This document shows, piece by piece, positions 28,301 through 37,300 of a stretch of 64,000 nucleotides of DNA. Below the pieces are notes generated by a model. That model was not told the origin of the DNA. It made no database searches and was given only the letters and a program-made list of their open reading frames with translations. Position 1 is the stretch's first letter; each line of letters starts with the position of its first letter. Source of the stretch: Paraphysomonas bandaiensis. Lineage: Eukaryota; Protista; Chrysophyceae. The stretch is taken from positions 1-64,000 of the forward strand of contig CBFFRP010000461.1 of the NCBI GenBank assembly GCA_965644295.1. Reading direction: 5' to 3'. The translations under genes and the position numbers were made by a program.

Positions 28301-31300
28301 TCTTTTTATAGTTTTATCACAATGTTTACACTTTCTTTTAATTTCTCTAGGCATGATATATAATATATATATATAATATTTTTTAAATTGTTTTATATAT
28401 TTTTGAAAAATTATTTTGAATAGAATAAATATTTTTGATAAATTATTTTGAAAAAATATTTTGAATAGAATAAATATTTTTGATAAATTATTTTGAAAAA
28501 ATATTTTGAATAGAATAAATATTTTTAATAATATGAACCTATATTTGATATTACTTTCGTTGGTGATGTTCCTGAGTTAGTATATATTATTGTTATTGTT
28601 TGCAATATTAATCCTGATGCTGTCACGTTACTGATATCCACATTTGCGAGTCCTCCTGACACATTCAACGTTTCTGAAACTGTATTAACTTTTAAAGTGT
28701 TTATATATGCCTTATATGTTGAAGTGTCTATTAAAACAGAAACTGTAAAACTTGTATTTGTTAAGTTACTTGAATTAATATTCGTTATATCAAGTTCAAA
28801 ATTTGTATCACTTGTTAAACCATTGAAATATATAATTGAACCATTGCTATAATTATATGTCAACACATTTGAAGAAAACGTATATGTTGTGCTGATGGAT
28901 TCGCTTATTTGTTTAGTTGTTATATTTCCTGTCATTGTTCCGCCTGTTAAATTCAATTTTGTATTTTCAAGTGTTGTAATATTGCCGTCTATTGTACTTA
29001 GCAAGTTATCAATTGTATCAGTAAATGTGGAGTCATAAACTAAAGAAGAATCAAGTTTATTATTTACATCTATTAAATCATGTTTGTCACTTTGTAAGTT
29101 TGTTATATCTGTGTCATTGCTTGTTATTTGAGCATTCAAACTAGAAATAATATTATCTATTGTGTTTAATTCTGTTGAATCATACACTAATGAAGAATCC
29201 AACTTATTATTTACATCTATTAAATCGTGTTTGTCACTTTGTAAGTTTGTTATGTCTGTATCATTACCTGTTATTTGAGTCTTCAAACTAGAAATAATAT
29301 TATCCATTGTGTTTAATTCTGTTGAGTCATATACTAATGAAGAATCTAACCTGTTATTTACGTCTATTAAATCATGTTTATCACTTTGTAAGTTTGTTAT
29401 ATCTGTATCATTACTTGTTATTTGACCTTGTAAATTTACTATTATATTATCTATTGTATTTAATTCTGTTGAGTCATATACTAATGAAGAATCCAACTTA
29501 TTATTTACATCTATTAAATCATGTTTGTCACTTTGTAAGTTTGTTATATCTGTATCATTACTTGCTATTTGAGCATTCAAACTAGAAATAATATTATCAA
29601 CCGTGTCAGTAAATGTAGAGTCATAAACCAATGATGAATTAAGTTTATTATTCATATCGATTAAATTATGTTTAGTATCAATATTGTTCTGTAATGCTAT
29701 ATCTTGGGCTTGTAAATTTGCCACATCCGTTTGTAAATTCGGTATATTAATTAAGTCTATATCTTGGAGAGCATCAAGACCGTTAAAACTTGCTGTCAAT
29801 GTATCTAATTGTGATTGTATAGTTTCATTGGTATTTATACCGTCTAATGTTTGTATTTCATTTTCAGTCAGGTTTAATAATCTTGTATTCATATCTGACA
29901 ACATATTATTTTTTGAATCTGTGAAAGCAACTGTTTGGGGTTCATTGTTTATGGTTAAGTTATTACCATTCAAGATTTCAACGTTCGCTGTAAATTTAGC
30001 ATTGTCCAATCTTGCATATTCCGCCATATTTAATATTACTCTTGCTGTTTCAATCTGTTTATGATTTTCTGCATTGAAAATGGCATTATTGCTTGTTTTC
30101 GGCTTCGTATAAATTGACATCTATATATATAATATAACAACATTATTATATTCTATAATTAAATTAGACTTCAAGGTTTTATAGGGTTTTTGTATAAATT
30201 TGTTTTCTTTTCTAATTATATATACAATGTTAATCGATGTAATTATTAAGTATAAAAAAAAAAGTGGCCCACTCTGTTTAGAACTCTTTGAATCATTAGA
30301 CCATTCTAAATTTACCGCTCGTAGTGTACAATTCTTTAAAGAAATAGACCATTCTAAATTTAACGCTCGTAGTTCTAACCCTAATTTGTTTTGGCATGAT
30401 TATACAATAAATATTAAAGACTTTGAAGAATTTGTCATGCATTTTGAAGATGTAATTGATGTAATTCATGTAAGAATAATATAATAAAACTGAGGGTTTT
30501 TTAAACAAAATTGGGGGTTTTATTTCTAAAATTAAGGGTTTTTATATAAATCAAGGTTTTTATATAAAAATTGGGGGTTTTTATTTCTAAAATTAAGGGT
30601 TTTTATATAAATCAAGGTTTTTATATAAAAATTGGGATTTTGTCGTTTTGTTTTATAGCAAAATGGCTGCTATGAGAGTTCCAAACCATTGTTGTAAAGG
30701 AATTCCCCCAAAAATGGTTTGGAACCCTCATACGTGTTAATGTGGTCCAAGCCTAGCATTAACAGTATTTGAATTCCATTTTTTTTCAGAAAAACGCTTT
30801 CTATGTGGCGGCATAGGGTTTCGAACCAGGCTGAACAGAACTGCCGCCACAGATTCTACCCAGTAGGCCGAAAACCACGTATTTCCTAACCATCACAACA
30901 TGATTTAAATATATAAATGTAATATTTTTAGTCTGTATATTTTCTGTATTTTTGTGTTGTTGTTGTGATGCTGTTGTGTTGTTGTTGTGATGCTGTTGTG
31001 TTGTTTGTGTGTCTACGAGTATATATATACATTATATATATATTCATTCATAATATTCATTGTCATTGTGTCTATATCATTGTGATATATAACAAGCATG
31101 GAAATAAAGGAAATATGATGTCATTATGAGTGCATATCAGGTATATTGTCTTTGTTTGGTTATATGTGTCGTATTCATTATATTCATTGTTGTTGTTATG
31201 TGGGGTTCTTCTTCTTTCTCACAAGCATTTGTGAAAACCCCAAAGGCTTCATTTCTTTCTTTCTTCTAACATCTTTTTCTCTTCTTGTGTTCTCTTGCAT

Positions 31301-34300
31301 AATACTGTCTTATAGTGCAATTTGATTCTGTTTTTACAAACTTCCCTATCACATAACTCACATTTGACCTTTTCACAATTATAAGCTATGAGTTTGTCTC
31401 TGTTCTTCTTGTAGTATTCCTTTTGATAAGCAATATTCTTTTCTGACTTATTCATGTATGTTATAATAATACTATATATTTTTATTTTTTTAAATGACTT
31501 TATATAAAATTAAGCAAATAGATATTTCATATTTTATATATACACATAATATATATGAATAAGAAATCATTCAACGACATAATAAAGAAACTTGATATTG
31601 ATGAAACATTTACAAAAGAAGGAAAGAAACAAAAGAAATTTAATAGCATTAGAAAGAATACAGTTCAAAAAGCTAATTATAATATGATGGCTGATTTATT
31701 GGAACTTCCTACAACTTCAAAAGGATATAGATACTGTTTCGTTATATGTGATTTATTCAGTAGACGATTTGACATTGAACCAATTAAGAATAAAGATTCT
31801 CAAACTGTCTTAAATGCTATGAAAGAATGCTTTAAACGACCATATATTGATAAACCTTATGCTTCTATAAGAACTGATGACGGAAATGAATTTAAAGGTG
31901 TCTTTTTCAAATACTTACATGATAATTCAATTTTACATAAAGTCGCTTTACCCAACAGACATAAACAAATGGCTAATGTTGAAGCCCTAAATAAGCAATT
32001 AGCAAGACTTTTTAATGGTTATATGAATAAAAAAGAGAAAGAAACAAAGAAAGTATTTCGCGAATGGACTGATATAGTGCCAATAGTTAGAAAAGATTTA
32101 AATGAATTCAGAGAAAATTTAACAGTTAATGAACCTGGATTCATTAACTATTCTATTAAAGCAAAATATAATGTGGGTGATGTTGTTTATGAGAAGCTTG
32201 ACATTCCTGAAAATGCTTTAGGACATAAACAAAATACGAAAAATTTTCGTGTTGGTGATTATAGATATTCACAAATACCAAAGAAGATTATAAGAGTTGT
32301 TTCTTTCACTGATAAACCTTATTACAGATATATATTAGAAGGATTACCTAATACATCTTACTCTGAATATGAACTCATGAAAGCTAAAGATGAAGACGAA
32401 ACAAAATATGAAGTATATAAAATTATTGGAAAGAGAACAAAAAAGAAAAAAGTTGAATATTTGATATGGTGGAAGAACTACAGAAAAAATGAGAGCACAT
32501 GGGAACCTGAGAAAAACTTAATTGAAGATGGATTTCAAGATATGATTAATGATTACAACCAAAATAATTAACATTCATGCATTTCATCTTTACCCATCAA
32601 TTTATTTGTTCTATGTGAATATAAGCGCTTACACTTTTTACACTTATGGAAATAAGTATTTGTATTTTTCCATAATATATTGCCTGTTGTCTTTGATTCT
32701 TTTAATGGTTTGTATTCGTCTTTAAATTCGTGTTTTCTGTTTAATACTATGCCGTCAGTATGAATTCTTATTATATCATTTAATATGCCTTCTCTATCTA
32801 TCATTTCAGCTACAAAACAACGACAATATGACATTAAAAAAGGCTTCATTCTTGCTATGTTGTATTTATATGGTTGTTCTTTGTCAATCAATGTGAAGTT
32901 TATCTTTATATTATCATCACTGTCTATACTCATCTTCTCTTTCAATACCTTATATTTTGTATTATTCTTATCTGTTATGTCTGAAATATCTTCATCATTA
33001 AGTTTCATAAACTCTTCTTGATTATAATATAGTTTCTTATGTTCACATAAATAACCCCATATACTAGACATTAAATGCTTGATTAACATATTCTTATTCT
33101 TATCTTTCATACTCTTTAATTTGTCATACCAACTTTCAAATATAACTTTGCTATCTATTAAGTCATCTTTGTCATATATCATGGTGTTATAATCTTTCGT
33201 TTGTTCATTAATTTTAAAGTCTAATTCAAAGTTGTCTTTTTGTGAATATGCATATGACAAGTCTATATGAGTATACCAATCATCACTTGAAAATGAAAAC
33301 TTTTTATAAAACTGTGAAGGACTTGTTTTATTATTACATTCTTTAATTGTTATTTTGACATTGTATACTCCATATTTCAACTTTCCTTTTGATAACTTCT
33401 TCATAAACTTATCTTGAGATAATTTTTTAAATTCTGGTTTTGTTGTTGCAATTTTCAAATCACTTTTAGACAGAATATGAGGATAGAAAGCTCCATAGTC
33501 ATATCCATAACACTTTATAACATCATCTTTATATTTCTCATCTAAACAACAAAGACCAGCATTATGACACTTCTCTAAAACATAAGATTCTTTAAAGTTT
33601 ATGTTTTCTAATCTAACCTTCTTATTGTTTATGCTTATACTGTTCTTTTTCATATTTGAGAATCTTACAAAAGTTAGGGTTGCAGCGCTCTTATGATTAT
33701 AATATTTCTTATAAAATATACCATCTTTTAGTAATGTATCGCAACTTTCTTTAAAGTCTTTCATATACTTTATTATTCCTTCTTTCGAACCTTTATAACC
33801 GTCAAACAATTCAAAATAGTTATATTTATTCAATCCATCTTTAAATAACTCGTCTGCATGACAGTTCAAATCATCTTTGTCGTGTGACATGTAATATGTT
33901 TTGCCGTTCTCTCTATAGAAGTATCTTAAATATCTATTTTCGCCTGTTTCTTTGTTATATACTCTTTCTTCACCATTTTTATTGATAAACTTTTTTTTAT
34001 TAAAACTCATTACTATATATATTATATATATATAATAATTCTTTATATTATTTTATATTAATTTATATTAATTTATTTTAATTTATGTTTTCACATAGAA
34101 ATCAGCATATACAAAATCAAGAAATTTTTTATCATCTTTAACTTTGTTCTTTAAATATTCTACATCATCCCAATCTTTAATTTCGTTGTCTTTAAAACTC
34201 TTTATTGTTAAGTATCTATTGTCAATGGTTTTTACAGATATGCTTATTTTATGTCTATCTATTCCTTTATCATCTAACAATGCTTTATAAAGTGTTCTTA

Positions 34301-37300
34301 TATCATTTATTTGAAACTTATTTCCTGTTTTAGGTCTTACTCTCTTTGCTCCTAACTTGTATTTACCTTTTGATACAATATCAACATTTTTAACCGTAAA
34401 ATTCATATGTATATATATATTAAATATATATATTAATATTTTAAATTGTTTTATATTATTTTAAAAAAAACTAGTGAAATTTTTAATGTCTTCATCTGTC
34501 AAATCTGTCTGTTCTGGTAACTTTATAACATTGACATCTTTATTAAGTTTCTTCTCTTCATCTTTCTTCTTATTTGTATTGATTAGTTTATTCTTTGACT
34601 TGTTTATGGTGTTTTTACTAAAGTCAAATAATTTATCCATGTCTTCTAGCTCTTCATTAAGTTTATCTTCTTTTGTTGTCTTCTCATCATTACTCTTCTC
34701 AAGTTCTTTTATTCTTTCTTTCAATTGTTTGATTTCATCTTTCAATGTTTTGACTTTCTCTGCTTCTTCATTAGTATTTTGTTTTTCGTCTTCATTATCT
34801 TCTTCATCATCTTCTTTCACATATGTTCTTTCTCTCACATTATAAAAACAACCTTTTATTCCTGTTACTCTGCATCTTATTTCTCTATCCCAATCTATTT
34901 TAGTTTTTAATAAACTTATCATAGTTTGAGTTGATATGTTTTTACCATGGTATAACTCTTTATATAATCTTACCATATCGTCTTTTCCTATTCTATCTGC
35001 TTTTCCGTTTGTTGTGATTTCTAATTTAGCATCAATGAAATCCTGAAATTTGTCGTTTTCTTGTATCATTTCATCAGTTGCTGTTTGAAAGCTTTCAGGA
35101 CATGGAATTTCATCTCCTTCAATCCACTTATTAGCAAACTTACTTAAAATATCTATCCAAGCATCTAATAAACCTTCAGACACAATATTATCAAGTAAAT
35201 CTCTATTTGTCATATAAATATGTTTTTTTTCATTAACTTTTGATTTGTCAGTCACGAATACAGACTCATGAATATAACCCCTAAATCTTCTCTTTACGCC
35301 TCCGTCAATATTAATATTAGGCATTAGGTTTGCTGAAAATATTGGTAATGCATTATGATTAAAATTATGAACTCCATTTTTATATAATAATTTGCCCTTC
35401 ATTTCACCTTCACAAAATTTTTTAAATGTTGTTGCATTCATTTTGTCACATTTAGGTTCATTTATCCATACCATTCGTATATATGGCTTTCCATGAAATG
35501 ATGAAAAGGTTTTATCTGGGTTCTTATTTGACATTGAGAAGGAGTCTTCTTCTAATGTCTCAAAATAGCATTCAATTGCCTTTTCTGTTATTTGCATGAT
35601 TGTTGATTTTCCATTGCTGCCGACTCCTAATAAAAACAATATCTTTTGTTCTTTTGTTGCTTTTCCTGTAAGTGCTGAACCTAATATATATAAAATAGTT
35701 TCTAAGTCTTCTTTTTTCGGGTATATCTTCTTTAGTATATTTCTTATTTTCTCTCGTTGATATTTTGATGACTTTATATAATCGCGTTTTATATAGTTAC
35801 ATACAAAGTGTTTATTTTGCATTCTTTGTTTAAACTCTAATGTTTTTAAATCAATATAACCATTCTTATAATGTATTTCATAATAGTCAGCTCCGAATTT
35901 TATTTCTTCTTCTTGTAACAACACTGTCAGTTGTGGAAGGTTTTTATTCACATTTGTATTTTCACAAAGCTTATTAAACTCTTTTGTCTTTTGAAGTTCT
36001 ATTAACTGTCTTTGCTCTTTGCTCAAGTTCTTCAAGGATTCAGTTAAATAATTTGTTATCATTGTAATTAATACATTATCTTTGTTTTCACACGTTGCAT
36101 TGTATACAATAAATTTATTGTTATATGTATAAAGTACACCATTTTGAAAGAAGCAATACTTTTTTAGCTTTGATGTTATTATTTGGGCTCTTTCATTTGG
36201 AGATTTGGAATCAATAAGAATAATGATGTCGTCATATGTTAATAAATCTTGTTTTTCAAAATACATGATATATATAATAATATTATATTTTATTTTTTTA
36301 AATTGTTTTATATATTTTTTATATATTTTTTAAAACTATTTTGTTTATTGTTTGTTGCGTGTGTGTATTCAACTATTTATTAACCTTCATCTGCTTTTTC
36401 TTTTTGACATCTTTCATGGCCTTTTTAAAATTATCTCTTTAAACCATTTTGCTTTTTAATAATTTTTTAATTGGTAATAACGTAAAAATTATTTTGAATA
36501 GAATAAATTATTTTGAAAAAATATTTTGAAAAAATATTTTGAATAGAATAAATTATTTTGAATAAATATTTTTGATAAATTATTTTGAAAAAATATTTTG
36601 AATAGAATAAATATTTTGAATAGAATAAATATTTTTGATAAATTATTTTGAATAGAATAAATATTTTGAATAGAATAAATATTTTTGATAAATTATTTTG
36701 AAAAAATATTTTGAATAGAAACTGGCATTATGGCACTGGATTTTTATAACATAAACTATATAATAAATTTTACATCATCACCGTTACAACACCACCATCA
36801 TCACCATCATCATCACCACCATCATCATCACCATCACCATTACAACTCTGGCATTTTGGCACTGGCTTTTTATAACATAAACTATATAATAAATTTTATT
36901 TTATAACTTTTTCTAATTTTCATAAAAGCCAAAATGCCAGAAAGCCAAAATGCCAAAACTATATTTTTATTTTATTATAAGATAATTATTTAATATTATA
37001 TAAAGTAATTAATTTTTATTTAAAGTATAGTATTATTAATATTATTATATAAGATAATTATTATATTTAAAGAGAAAAGGAAAGAGTAATAAAACGAAGT
37101 TTTATTACGATACGAGAGCCTTTCTGGCTCAGGAAGAATGCCTAAGCGGCTTAGAGCGACCCCTCGGCCCTCCGCCTCTCTGTGTGTCATATATTGCAGC
37201 GTTATATTTGTGAGGGTACAAACACATATACACTGTAGGTCACTACACATGCATATATAATTAAGGGTACAGGGTACAGGACATATTCATACACACACAC

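Larger units (their letters stand above)
15470..37187. mobile_element. Endogenous Polinton-like virus / Maverick-type element, apparently complete (about 21.7 kb)
   Basis: Long TIRs, sharp shift to very AT-rich intronless gene-dense DNA, full morphogenesis module, integrase, PolB and helicase. Candidate 6-bp target duplication CATATA (15464-15469 and 37188-37193). Confidence 0.95.

Noticed and set aside
30790-30870. tRNA gene
   Set aside because: Has a T-loop/B-box but no D-arm or anticodon arm; kept only as a candidate ncRNA.
19429-34910. Antisense ORFs overlapping viral genes (e.g. 19429-19848, 29684-30064, 34474-34845)
   Set aside because: Shadow frames of biased coding sequence, with no motifs and no upstream viral promoter signature.
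15470-37187. Contaminating viral contig joined by misassembly
   Set aside because: Both TIRs are complete, a candidate TSD exists, and the MULE and host intron resume on the far side; long reads would still be the final test.
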